39,552 nucleotides of DNA, from UHGV virus genome UHGV-0150234. One strand, 5' to 3'. The notes beneath the pieces are model-generated. The model did not search any database. It saw only the letters and a list, made by a program, of their open reading frames with translations, and had not been told where the DNA came from. Shown one piece after another: positions 9,201 to 16,857 of the stretch (the stretch's first letter is position 1; each line of letters starts with the position of its first letter). The stretch is from a virus. A program made the position numbers and the translations under genes.

Positions 9201-10210
9201 TCTGTGGCAGATTTCCGGTCATTATCCAGTGCGCAGGTGATTTTTGCCGCCGGGTACATGTTTACCAGTTGTTCCACAACATGAACCATGTTGTTAGCGG
9301 ATACAGCGACAACCACAGCGTCAAAGCGTTTATCTTTTTTCGTGGCAAGCCAGATGGATGCACCAGTAGCAAAACCTTCTGTAACAGCGATGTTTTGCGC
9401 CCCTTTCAGCTCACCGATAACAAAGCAGGCACCGACGAAATCGCCGCTGGTTACTGCGCTGGTCTGGTATTTCCCACCTTGTTTGTCGATTCGCTGCCAA
9501 CCCACAATACGACCATCATAACGACCGTCCAGGTGAGCCAGAGGGATAGCCATATATGTGGTTGGCCCCCGGCTCCATTTCGCACTGTCGTGACTGGTCA
9601 CGCGACGCACATCACATGAACTAAAAACGTCACGAATACCTTTTTTAATCGCATATGGCCATGAGCCGTCTTCAGCCTGAGCATGTTCCCACGCGCTGTG
9701 GAATGCCAGCCATCCCAGCAAACGTTCATGGTCCATTTGGTTGTTTTTCAGGTCATTAATTCGTTTTTGTTCTTCACGGCGACGACGTGCTTCGGCCTGA
9801 CGTTCTATTCTTTCCCGTTCTTCTTCCGGTTGTGCGACCACGGTCGCATTATTCCGTTGTTGCTCACGGCGATATTCAGAAAACAGGAAGGAGAAACCGC
9901 TCCATGAGCCAGCATCGCTGCCTTTATGGACGAAGTTAATGAACGGGTAATCAATCCCTTTGCTGTGTTCCAGCCTGGAGTAAATTTCTACGCGTCCTTT
10001 CAGGCTCTTTTCGAGAGCTTCTGGAGATGTTTTATTGTATGAAGAGTAACGCTCAACCCCCCCGCGAGGGTTGAGTTGGATGTTGTCGGAACAGGCAGGC
10101 CAGTTGATACCAGCCATCTGTGCCAGCTCGGTTAGTTCATCCCGTGCTGCTTCAATTAGCGAGAACGGATCGCTGCCAAAGCGATCCGCATAGAAATCGT
10201 TTAATGTCAT
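6215..10210 (-). CDS. repA: Multifunctional replication protein RepA (primase-helicase), 1331 aa
   Basis: Size and position match N15 RepA (about 1324 aa from memory). Walker A motif GMGSGKST is present. Downstream of cB on the same strand. The N15 origin is reported to lie inside the 3' part of repA (recalled, not located here). Confidence 0.9.
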   Translation of the reverse strand: MTLNDFYADRFGSDPFSLIEAARDELTELAQMAGINWPACSDNIQLNPRGGVERYSSYNKTSPEALEKSLKGRVEIYSRLEHSKGIDYPFINFVHKGSDAGSWSGFSFLFSEYRREQQRNNATVVAQPEEERERIERQAEARRRREEQKRINDLKNNQMDHERLLGWLAFHSAWEHAQAEDGSWPYAIKKGIRDVFSSCDVRRVTSHDSAKWSRGPTTYMAIPLAHLDGRYDGRIVGWQRIDKQGGKYQTSAVTSGDFVGACFVIGELKGAQNIAVTEGFATGASIWLATKKDKRFDAVVVAVSANNMVHVVEQLVNMYPAAKITCALDNDRKSATEGKGNTGLRTGYEILSKFNDVRCVYPTFEDDPQMECSDFNDLHKLRGLRETARQLFATANRLKTGTDLLSLTLNRLKTIKRDNRRTFAKELLRAVDIGMLTCPVPNSPSDLFNMFCIVLREMGLENIYRATVKDHIARRLNKKCRIAQAPRSFSERITDPNKRPQHITYKRFDTSVMTDDVLKYVQSLQGIVIVRAGMGSGKSTGLLRPLMHSSERGISVAHRVSLIGGLWEMMTEGKGVKADILHYQDPGYQEMAPYASKLTICINSIVKNCWQPLMRQHDYFGFDEATQGLRAVLSGRAMENPVAVFNTLIDALARTEQHPIMVDADANDLLVDLAELAMKRREELGLPAWLQIHVIELPVDVRNRETGEPIRVFYTEKDRIMTEVVKAVSDGEKIMLATDSSTFAEDVTATLRMHFPGKKFLCVNQKNKPEPEVEAFTNQPKKMVKKYDGLIYSPSISSGVSIEQKHFDRHFGMFCGEVVPSDAVQMLRRDRTAKEFIIGFDKARAKRETDPQKIERAFAQALLATAGMNGELTDVVFDGDRISMGVANTDFTRMKIKAAAIEASARNDYASNMICIMHSDGYKVSPLATDYAANDIGKDLRKEARDIVWEQTLDLHLNTETPQESEREELLKKRALTLEEQAKLVRWDIENELKLPVEEGTLKFYFDGARDKVRRYETMLLDEVTARRYDREEAAINFTYAYRQAGQWQYFVVTAMTREQADDVFKTKFPGIIDYKVKATPTVEVGARGFYALKSATLRQYFIDCGINPETMTGEATQERLKFARDNLMTAERRDLLNNVLHIGGFMTPKGKPKVPEALFKNICDSLGLKTGKRRGRDGDKRPTLRFVEPESAAFMLDILAQRQKDGLTLKTRKAEKTAIEMDRDLDLNIYMDDKTRSTNEQVQNAPHSVISEALAVLPVAVPESWAMSALSCEELATMSSWSSASIAMTFASLYLTEFMDHLSSNELRRLREYITGNSPCSYEEQGAFYG

Positions 10211-10332
10211 TTTTTAGCCATTCCATGCGAATTATGTTTTTTCGGGTTGAAAAAATCCGCAGGAGCAGCCACAATAAACGCATCTTGAATTGACGGAATC
10301 TGTCGCGTTGTTGTGGCTGCTTCCTGAAAAGG

Positions 10333-10361
10333 ACCCGAGTTTGCCGACTCGGGTTTTTTTT
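10333..10361 (+). terminator. Hairpin plus T8 tract in the cB-repA intergenic region (intrinsic terminator as read on the plus strand; possible attenuator or countertranscript end)
   Basis: ACCCGAGT-ttgccg-ACTCGGGT followed by TTTTTTTT; preceded by a long imperfect inverted repeat at 10265-10320. Confidence 0.5.
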
Positions 10362-10455
10362 CGTCTTTTTTCTGCTGCTGTAACCTGAGTCAACCCACAG
10401 AACATATGCCCTGCATTAAACCAGATTTACAGCAAACAATAAACCCCGTATTAAG

Positions 10456-11052
10456 TCATCTACCCTCAACCATGAATGATTTGATCGTTCCGACTATTTG
10501 GTGAACAAATTCAAGATCGCTTTTCCTGAAGATGGCGCGTTGTGAGTTTGTTCCATCCAGATAGTAATTTTCATCATCAAAACGGGCCAGGCGCTGGATA
10601 GTGATATTTCCTGCAGTATCACGAACCAGAACATCCTCGCCGGGGACCAGTTCCAGCGCAGAATCGACCAGGAGAAAATCGCCTGGCTGATAGTTTCCCT
10701 GCGTAAGATTGCTGATAGTTAACGCATAAACAGTATTGCGCTGGCTGATGAATGGCAGGAATCGCTCAGTATTTGGAACCTGTCCTGGCTTCCACTCTTC
10801 ATCAGGTCCACTTTCAGTTGTGCCAATAACAGGAATGCGATCAGGGTCATATTCTGTCCCATACAGCACCCAATGCACTGGCTTGCGTAAGCATTTAGCC
10901 AGGGCAATACCTATCTCCAGTGACGGCATTACGTCGCCACGTTCTAAGTTTTGGACGCCTGCAATAGAGATATCGACAGCCTCAGCAACTTCTCGCAACG
11001 TCAGCTTCATCTCTAAACGGCGTGCTTTCAGTCGTTCGCCTCGTGTTTTCAT
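10456..11052 (-). CDS. cB: CI-like prophage repressor CB (HTH plus LexA-like S24 peptidase domain), 198 aa
   Basis: N-terminal HTH (LTLREVAEAVDISIAGVQNLERG), C-terminal S24-like region; divergent from a Cro-like gene and upstream of repA, as in N15 immB. Confidence 0.85.
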   Translation of the reverse strand: MKTRGERLKARRLEMKLTLREVAEAVDISIAGVQNLERGDVMPSLEIGIALAKCLRKPVHWVLYGTEYDPDRIPVIGTTESGPDEEWKPGQVPNTERFLPFISQRNTVYALTISNLTQGNYQPGDFLLVDSALELVPGEDVLVRDTAGNITIQRLARFDDENYYLDGTNSQRAIFRKSDLEFVHQIVGTIKSFMVEGR

Positions 11053-11074
11053 AGCTTAATCATAAATGATCTTC

Positions 11075-11116
11075 TTATAGCTGGCTATAAAATTTATTTA
11101 TTATAGCTGGCTTTAA
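11075..11116. promoter_or_regulatory. Two operator-like sites TTATAGCTGGCTATAA (11075-11090) and TTATAGCTGGCTTTAA (11101-11116) in the cB-cro divergent region
   Basis: Near-palindromic 16-mers (7-bp inverted arms TTATAGC/GCTATAA) repeated 26 bp apart between divergent repressor and cro genes. Confidence 0.5.
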
Positions 11117-11143
11117 TTGTTGTTTATTGTTTATAATAACAAC

Positions 11144-11365
11144 ATGAAACCAGAAGAACTTATTCGCCACTTTGGCAGTGTAGAAAAAGCAGCGGCAGGG
11201 GTAGGTGTAACACCCGGAGCTGTTTACCAATGGTTAACCGCTGGAGAGATTCCTTCATTGCGGCAAAGCGATATTGAAGTTCGTACTGCTTATAAGCTGA
11301 AGAGTGACTTTACAACTCGGCGGGTAAAGCAGTCGATTAAGGAGAGTCGTAAGCGTGGAGCTTGA
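11144..11365 (+). CDS. cro: Cro-like HTH regulator (YdaS/Cro family), 73 aa
   Basis: HTH motif AAAGVGVTPGAVYQWL; divergent from cB. Start chosen at ATG 11144 rather than the track start 11117. Confidence 0.75.
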   Translation: MKPEELIRHFGSVEKAAAGVGVTPGAVYQWLTAGEIPSLRQSDIEVRTAYKLKSDFTTRRVKQSIKESRKRGA

Positions 11366-12065
11366 GTATATACGCAGCTGCGTCTCTACGGCATTGGCTG
11401 ATGTTCATTATCGCCAGCGTGGCATTCTGGAGGTCCAGCTTGAGCAGATGCGTCTCGGTAGATCAGGACGGTTTAACAATAAACCAGTCCGGTCAATCAG
11501 TGTGGGGGATGATAACTCATACGAAGTGTCCGTTCCTGCTGAGCCGGTAAGATTCCACCAGGGGAAAACATTTAAACAATCATCAATGTTGCTCACTGAT
11601 ATTGATTTTCAGAGCGCCAGCTGGCGCAGGGCTATTGGTCAGTTGAATAACGAGGAATCAGCCTGGCTTTATTATTGCTACGGATGCAAGCCAGATTACA
11701 ACAATGATGTGATTGTTTGTCAGTGGTTATGGCTTGATTTTCTGGTTGCTCATTCGGGGGGCGGCTTTAAAAAAATGAAGGCCTCCACGAAAAAAGCCAT
11801 GCGGAAATTGATTTATTACGCGGCACAGCAGGTTAAATCAGAACTTACGTGTGCTGAGGCAGTTGATGAGAGAGAACAGGACAGGCATCTGAGTTTTCTG
11901 CTGAATATATCTATTGATAGCTGGAGACAAGATTATAAAGAACGCTGGCTTTTAATTAAGTCGCGATGTCTGAGCTTAAATCGAACTGCATTATTAAATG
12001 CGGCGGAGAAGCGCAGTGAAATCATCAAACGCCATCGGGCAGGAAGTGCCATTCTGCCTTTGTAA
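11355..12065 (+). CDS. Hypothetical protein, 236 aa; in the position of the N15 Q-like late regulator (function by synteny only)
   Basis: ORF immediately after cro (GTG start overlapping cro end). No motif recognised with confidence. Confidence 0.5.
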   Translation: MELEYIRSCVSTALADVHYRQRGILEVQLEQMRLGRSGRFNNKPVRSISVGDDNSYEVSVPAEPVRFHQGKTFKQSSMLLTDIDFQSASWRRAIGQLNNEESAWLYYCYGCKPDYNNDVIVCQWLWLDFLVAHSGGGFKKMKASTKKAMRKLIYYAAQQVKSELTCAEAVDEREQDRHLSFLLNISIDSWRQDYKERWLLIKSRCLSLNRTALLNAAEKRSEIIKRHRAGSAILPL

Positions 12066-12072
12066 ACAAGTT

Positions 12073-12318
12073 ATGTTCAGGAAACCGTCGAAGCCAGAAT
12101 TAAGGTATTCGGGGGTAAGAAATGAATATGTTATCTGGTGTCCAACTTGTGGTTACAGGACACGACCAGATAGTAATAAGCAGTCTGTAATTGCCGATTG
12201 GTATTTATCAAATCAGCCAGGTAATAAGCATATAGAAAATCTTTGGATTAAGCGTTACTTGGAAATCAGAGAGGGTGCGACCGTGGTCGCACAAGAAAAT
12301 GAAAATAACGCCATTTAA
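12073..12318 (+). CDS. Hypothetical small protein with CxxC pair (possible zinc ribbon), 81 aa
   Basis: ATG at 12073 inside track ORF 11998-12318; contains CPTCG. The 3' end overlaps a sopC-like palindrome. Confidence 0.4.
   Translation: MFRKPSKPELRYSGVRNEYVIWCPTCGYRTRPDSNKQSVIADWYLSNQPGNKHIENLWIKRYLEIREGATVVAQENENNAI
12275..12292. other. sopC-like centromere-type palindrome GTGCGACCGTGGTCGCAC (copy 1 of 5)
   Basis: 7-bp inverted arms GTGCGAC/GTCGCAC around CGTG; one substitution per arm from the F sopC SopB site (TGGGACCACGGTCCCA) as recalled. Confidence 0.6.
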
Positions 12319-12502
12319 GCAGGGGCCGATGACGCATGATGAAGCAGAGCGTCTTTCAGATACTTATCGGCGGCGTGGTAAGAAAGTTCTGGTTGTTCGT
12401 TCTGATTTTTTAGGTGATGGATATTGCGTTTATGTTCATTTACCTGAATCAGAAAGAACGCCAAAACCATCCAGAACATATCAACAGAAAATTTGGGTAT
12501 AG
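12299..12502 (+). CDS. Hypothetical small protein, 67 aa
   Basis: ORF (internal ATG of track ORF 12275-12502). No family recognised. Confidence 0.35.
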   Translation: MKITPFKQGPMTHDEAERLSDTYRRRGKKVLVVRSDFLGDGYCVYVHLPESERTPKPSRTYQQKIWV

Positions 12503-12525
12503 ATAAACGTTGAGGAGAATTATTC

Positions 12526-13125
12526 GTGACTAATCAGATTATTTACGACAGGAAACGGTCTGATGTAATGATTGACCTTGAAACAATGGGTACTAACACA
12601 TGTGCTCCAATTGTTTCTATCGGGGCAGTGTTTTTTTCTCCAGAAAATGAGGAATTAGGTCCTACTTTTTATGTGCCAGTGAATCTCAGAAGCTCGATGT
12701 TGAATGGTGGTGTCGCCGATGGTGATACCATTTTATGGTGGTTGAAACAGAGCAAGGAAGCCAGAGCCGCAATTTGTACTAATGATGCCCTTGATATTAA
12801 GGATGCACTTTTTGAATTATCACACTTTATTACTTGCCATGCATGTAATTTAAAAAAATTGAAAGTATGGGGAAATGGAGCAACGTTCGATAATGTAATT
12901 TTACGCGGTGCTTATGAGCGCGTTGGCTTAGCCTGTCCGTGGGAATATTTTAATGATCAGGATGTTCGAACAATCGTTAATCTTGGTCAGTTTATTGGTT
13001 TTAATCCTAAAAAAGATATGCCATTTGATGGCGAACGACACAATGCCCTGGCTGATGCTATTCATCAGGCTAAATATGTATCCGCAATTTTCTCCCGTCT
13101 TGTAAAAGGGCAAGGAGAATCGTAA
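12526..13125 (+). CDS. DnaQ-like (DEDDh) 3'-5' exonuclease, 199 aa
   Basis: MIDLETMG (Exo I motif) and HNALADA (Exo III motif); GAGGAG ribosome-binding site 8 nt upstream of the GTG start. Confidence 0.75.
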   Translation: MTNQIIYDRKRSDVMIDLETMGTNTCAPIVSIGAVFFSPENEELGPTFYVPVNLRSSMLNGGVADGDTILWWLKQSKEARAAICTNDALDIKDALFELSHFITCHACNLKKLKVWGNGATFDNVILRGAYERVGLACPWEYFNDQDVRTIVNLGQFIGFNPKKDMPFDGERHNALADAIHQAKYVSAIFSRLVKGQGES

Positions 13126-13547
13126 TGGCAAAGGCTTTTACACCAGAACAGAGGGAAGAACTGAATAAACAAATTGTGGAACTCGTACGCCTGAATGGAC
13201 GAGGAACGGTTAGGCAACTTGCGGATGAAACTGGTATTAGCCGGTGTGCTGTTAGTCGTTTATCAAGAGAGCTTGCTGCCAGTGGTGATTTGTATATCTC
13301 TGGCTCCGGGATATTTCTGTCTGCACAAGCACGCAAGGACTGGCAAAACGCCCGTAAAAAGCTATCAAGAGTAAAGCCGAAGAAATCGGTAGTGGTTGAT
13401 CCAGACCTTATCTGGTCATTACCTGACGGAGAAATACGTCGTTACGACAGGCGCTTGAACATGATTTGTCACGATTGCCAGAAGAGCGAAGTTATGCAGC
13501 GTGTGCTGGCGTTTTATCAGGGAAATCTTCAGGAGGTAGTACTGTGA
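13125..13547 (+). CDS. Hypothetical HTH/winged-helix protein, 140 aa
   Basis: ORF with ATG overlapping the upstream stop (TAATG); HTH-like segment TVRQLADETGISRCAVSRLSRELA. Confidence 0.6.
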   Translation: MAKAFTPEQREELNKQIVELVRLNGRGTVRQLADETGISRCAVSRLSRELAASGDLYISGSGIFLSAQARKDWQNARKKLSRVKPKKSVVVDPDLIWSLPDGEIRRYDRRLNMICHDCQKSEVMQRVLAFYQGNLQEVVL

Positions 13548-14296
13548 GTGAAATCAATTATCAGGTACTGCGTGAGATAGCAAAACAGGCAACACAGGGT
13601 GAATGGGTCGCATTTATTTCGCCGGGTACTGGTACGTATGCAGTGCATACGCCCGGTGATAAACGATGTGAAGACGTTATCAAATGGACCGGCTTTGACG
13701 GACAGAAAAACGCAGAGAACAACGCTCATTATATCGCAGCTTTCAACCCTGAAGTAGTGCAGGCACTGCTGGATGAACGAGAGGCTCAAAGCAAACGCAT
13801 TGCAGAGCTGGAGGCCAGTTGCGCGGCTCTGGCGGCGGAGAATGCAAGACTGAAGGCCGGGGCTATGTATTTCTCATATGGCTCTGAATTTAGTTTCGAG
13901 TGTCACAAAACTGCTGAGGAGGCTATCGCTGCTGCTGAGGCTGCAATTGACGACTATAGAGGCGATGCTTGCGATGGATGGAGCGAAGAGGTCGAAAGCA
14001 TTTGCTGGGGGGTAATTATTCAGCAGGCAACCAAGGTCGGTGAACGCAAGAAGAGGAAATGCGACAGAGTATCACCATGGATTGAAAGAGTTTGTGATTA
14101 TGAGCTTCGACCTAATGTCGAAACCCCAGCCACCGACTCTTTCCTGTCTGAAGTGCGGGCGCAGGGGGTGGAAATGTTTGCACAGAAATGTAACTCAAAA
14201 TCCGAACAGTCGCTTGCATCTGATATACGCGATAACTGGAAACTACTCGGTGAGCATGCGACTGACTTTGCCGCAGAGATTCGCAAAGGAGAGTGA
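13544..14296 (+). CDS. Ead/Ea22-like protein, about 250 aa
   Basis: AGGAGG then GTG start overlapping the upstream stop; acidic, coiled-coil-rich sequence typical of lambdoid Ead/Ea22 proteins (recalled). Confidence 0.6.
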   Translation: MSEINYQVLREIAKQATQGEWVAFISPGTGTYAVHTPGDKRCEDVIKWTGFDGQKNAENNAHYIAAFNPEVVQALLDEREAQSKRIAELEASCAALAAENARLKAGAMYFSYGSEFSFECHKTAEEAIAAAEAAIDDYRGDACDGWSEEVESICWGVIIQQATKVGERKKRKCDRVSPWIERVCDYELRPNVETPATDSFLSEVRAQGVEMFAQKCNSKSEQSLASDIRDNWKLLGEHATDFAAEIRKGE

Positions 14297-14297
14297 T

Positions 14298-14747
14298 ATG
14301 ACCACTATTACCAGAGAAAACTCGAAGATTAAATCATTCATCAATGGCTTCCTGAGCGACCCGGCGCACGATAACCAATCCTCAGACAGCCTGCTTGCCA
14401 ATGTGTTTCGTATCGCACAGGCATCGCTGGAAGCAGAACCGATGGCATGGCGATATCGCTACGTGAAAAAAGGCATTACGGACTCACAGGGGGAGCCGTG
14501 GGTTGGTGACTGGAAATATGTACCGACAAAAGAGGATTGCAACGACAGACCGAACTATGAAATTCAGGCGTTATTCACTGCCCCGCCTGTGCCACTGACA
14601 CCAGAAGGATTGATTAAAGCAGTGCGCTTCTATGAACAGGTTAAGCGTGAAAATCCGCCAGTCGAAACCGGAGCATGGAAAGACGCTGTTGACTGGGTGC
14701 TCAAAGAGGCTTGCCAGGCTGTAAACATTGGTACCAAAGGAGATTGA
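14298..14747 (+). CDS. Hypothetical protein, 149 aa (paralogue of the next gene)
   Basis: ATG at 14298 preceded by AAAGGAG; shares the motif ASLEAEP(M/V)AW with the downstream gene. Confidence 0.6.
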   Translation: MTTITRENSKIKSFINGFLSDPAHDNQSSDSLLANVFRIAQASLEAEPMAWRYRYVKKGITDSQGEPWVGDWKYVPTKEDCNDRPNYEIQALFTAPPVPLTPEGLIKAVRFYEQVKRENPPVETGAWKDAVDWVLKEACQAVNIGTKGD

Positions 14748-14748
14748 T

Positions 14749-15162
14749 ATGAGCACTTTTACCGACAAAGAACTGATTAAAGAAATCAAAGAGCGCATAG
14801 GCAGCCTGGACGTGAGAGACAATATTGAGCGCCGGGCTTATGAAATAGCGTTAGCCTCGCTGGAAGCAGAACCGGTGGCATGGCTGCATTCAGACAATGG
14901 CTTAGGTATTCCGGCAATAACCCGGAGTAAAAACATTGCTGACAGTTGGTTATCAAAGGGCTGGTATGTTCAGTCATTATATGTAGCCCAGCCACTGCCG
15001 GTGGTGCCGGATGATAATCGTATTCAGTTTTCTGTTTCACTTCCTGCAGCGTTTGGTGGAGATAAATATTTTATTGATGGTGTATTTCAACCTTTGAGAT
15101 ATGAGCGTGACTGTGAAAGGGCGGTTGTGGCCGCTGGCGGTGTAGTTAATTGGGTTAAGTAA
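14749..15162 (+). CDS. Hypothetical protein, 137 aa (paralogue of the previous gene)
   Basis: ATG at 14749 preceded by AAGGAG in the same context as the upstream paralogue. Confidence 0.6.
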   Translation: MSTFTDKELIKEIKERIGSLDVRDNIERRAYEIALASLEAEPVAWLHSDNGLGIPAITRSKNIADSWLSKGWYVQSLYVAQPLPVVPDDNRIQFSVSLPAAFGGDKYFIDGVFQPLRYERDCERAVVAAGGVVNWVK

Positions 15163-15177
15163 TTTTCAGGAGGATTT

Positions 15178-15504
15178 ATGGCGCTGACACCGGCAGAACG
15201 GCAAAGGAGACGCAGGGAACGGTTGAAGAAGGAAGGCACATCAAGACGGGACTGGATTCTAGAACCTGACGAGTTACGTATGTTGGGGGAAATTTGTGTA
15301 TTGCGTAGACCAGGGCGAGTTCCATATTCGGAGAACGAAGTCATTGGTTTGCTGATCAGGAAAAACTATAAGGAGCTGCAGAAGCAGCTATCTACTACTT
15401 GCCCGCGATGTGGTCAAAAAATGCCTGTTTCAGAATGCATTTTTGATGGCGAAGGCTCATGCCACCTTACAACCACGAGGTTGAAACTTGCGCTCAAAGC
15501 GTGA
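15178..15504 (+). CDS. Hypothetical protein with Arg-rich N-terminus and C-terminal CxxC motif, 108 aa
   Basis: ORF with AGGAGG upstream. No family recognised. Confidence 0.5.
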   Translation: MALTPAERQRRRRERLKKEGTSRRDWILEPDELRMLGEICVLRRPGRVPYSENEVIGLLIRKNYKELQKQLSTTCPRCGQKMPVSECIFDGEGSCHLTTTRLKLALKA

Positions 15505-15522
15505 CTGGTCACGGAGGGATAA

Positions 15523-15765
15523 ATGGATAAAAAGGCATTGCTTTTTGAAATGATACGAAAACGGAGCGAAAAGAGCTTTTCTGATGGTGGTGATGGGTTT
15601 GTTTTCGCTTCGATGCTTGCTTTTGATGTTGGGTTAAATAGCAGAATTGTTAAAAGGATGCTTGATTCTGCTGTCCGTACTGGACTTCTTGAGAAAGCTG
15701 ATCGTGGCATAGGGAGAGAGCATAAGTATCGGGCCACACAGCAGTTTACGCAGTTAATTCATTGA
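15523..15765 (+). CDS. Hypothetical protein, 80 aa
   Basis: ORF with GGAGGG upstream. No family recognised. Confidence 0.5.
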   Translation: MDKKALLFEMIRKRSEKSFSDGGDGFVFASMLAFDVGLNSRIVKRMLDSAVRTGLLEKADRGIGREHKYRATQQFTQLIH

Positions 15766-15793
15766 AAATTGACCGTAAAGTTTGAGTTTTACC

Positions 15794-15809
15794 CTGTAAT
15801 TTTATACAG
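15794..15809. promoter_or_regulatory. LexA (SOS) box CTGTAATTTTATACAG overlapping a -10-like TATAAAT
   Basis: Exact CTGT-N8-ACAG with AT spacer, 39 bp upstream of the 15848 ATG. Confidence 0.6.
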
Positions 15810-15847
15810 TATAAATAACCTTTTTTAGTTAAATGGTATGAGATTTA

Positions 15848-16051
15848 ATGTCTGAAGCAGCCGTATCAACTCTTGAACAACTCGATTCAAATTTAAGAGA
15901 TATTGACGCCGTTCTGGATCTGGTTAGCGTCACCCTGGCTTCTCCAGAAGCCAGCCTACATATTGGTGAGGTTTCACGACTCATCAACATGTCGCGAGAG
16001 ATTGCCCAGCATTGTCAGAAAACTATCGCTGTTGAGCGTTCACATCATTGA
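15848..16051 (+). CDS. Small SOS-box-associated protein, 67 aa (candidate DNA-damage-inducible antirepressor or regulator)
   Basis: Monocistronic ORF directly downstream of a consensus LexA box. No family recognised. Confidence 0.5.
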   Translation: MSEAAVSTLEQLDSNLRDIDAVLDLVSVTLASPEASLHIGEVSRLINMSREIAQHCQKTIAVERSHH

Positions 16052-16093
16052 TGCACACCCCGCCCTTCTGGACGGGGTGGTAAAAGGGTCTAA

Positions 16094-16381
16094 TTAATAA
16101 ACAGCGCGAATATCGATGGTTGCGCCGCAGGCATGAGCATATTTAGCCAAAGTTTTCATACTTGCCCCTAAAGGATTGCTTTCCAGGCGGCTGATGGCTG
16201 ACGGGCGCAACCCCATTCGTTCAGCCAGAGCTGATTTCGTTAAACCTGCTCTTTCCCTCATTTCGTATAACATTTCGACCATCTCCAGCTCTTTGTCGGC
16301 CTCTTCATATCCTTTGACGGCTTCTGGAGTGTTGAGGAGTTTTTCTTTTACTTCGTTAAACGGGATGCCTTTCGCTTTCAT
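16094..16381 (-). CDS. HTH-XRE antitoxin (HigA-like), 95 aa
   Basis: HTH segment LTKSALAERMGLRPSAISRLE; start overlaps the stop of the upstream RelE/HigB-like gene. Confidence 0.75.
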   Translation of the reverse strand: MKAKGIPFNEVKEKLLNTPEAVKGYEEADKELEMVEMLYEMRERAGLTKSALAERMGLRPSAISRLESNPLGASMKTLAKYAHACGATIDIRAVY

Positions 16382-16692
16382 CAGTTCATCTCCTTCAGGC
16401 GAGTTCTGGCGATTTCGATAGCCTTCACCGGTGTTTTCTGTGTCTTTTTTACAAATGCATGCAATAGATAAATTTCGTTACCAGTCGCGTAGGCGTACAG
16501 CGTTCTTGCGATGTTTTTATCCCCTACTCGTAGTTCAAAAAGCCCTCCACCTATTACACGGCTATGAGGCATCTTCAGTTTGTTGCCTTCTTTCTCCAGT
16601 CGCTCAATTAATCTGGTCATGCGACCTCGCAAATCATCTGGTAGTTCAAGCAGTTCATCCAGTGCTGCAGGGTGGGTTATCACGTTAAACAT
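16381..16692 (-). CDS. RelE/ParE-superfamily toxin (HigB-like), 103 aa
   Basis: Size and sequence features of RelE-like mRNA interferase with toxin-first gene order; GGAGG ribosome-binding site on the minus strand. Confidence 0.7.
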   Translation of the reverse strand: MFNVITHPAALDELLELPDDLRGRMTRLIERLEKEGNKLKMPHSRVIGGGLFELRVGDKNIARTLYAYATGNEIYLLHAFVKKTQKTPVKAIEIARTRLKEMN

Positions 16693-16750
16693 ATTATAGC
16701 CTCCATACCCATAAAATACACCAAAACGAGAAAACAGCGCAAATTAAAAA

Positions 16751-16768
16751 TTTCACTAAAAAGTGAAA
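16751..16768. promoter_or_regulatory. Palindrome TTTCACT-AAAA-AGTGAAA upstream of the toxin-antitoxin operon (candidate autoregulatory operator)
   Basis: Perfect 7-bp inverted arms about 60 bp upstream of the toxin start codon. Confidence 0.4.
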
Positions 16769-16857
16769 AATAACACTGGATGTGTTCGTTTGGCAGAGTT
16801 ACAGTTCGTGTCATTGAGGGGCAATAACCTACTAACTATATGAATTTGGAGGATATT

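Noticed and set aside
7156-9907. About fifteen plus-strand ORFs of 60-116 aa inside repA (for example 7156-7341, 8103-8357, 9269-9619)
   Set aside because: All lie antisense within the long, well-supported repA frame, with low-complexity translations and no ribosome-binding sites: typical shadow ORFs.
16051-16093. Hairpin CACCCCG-N10-CGGGGTG after the 67-aa gene as an intrinsic terminator
   Set aside because: No T-tract follows on either strand; at most a weak or factor-dependent terminator.
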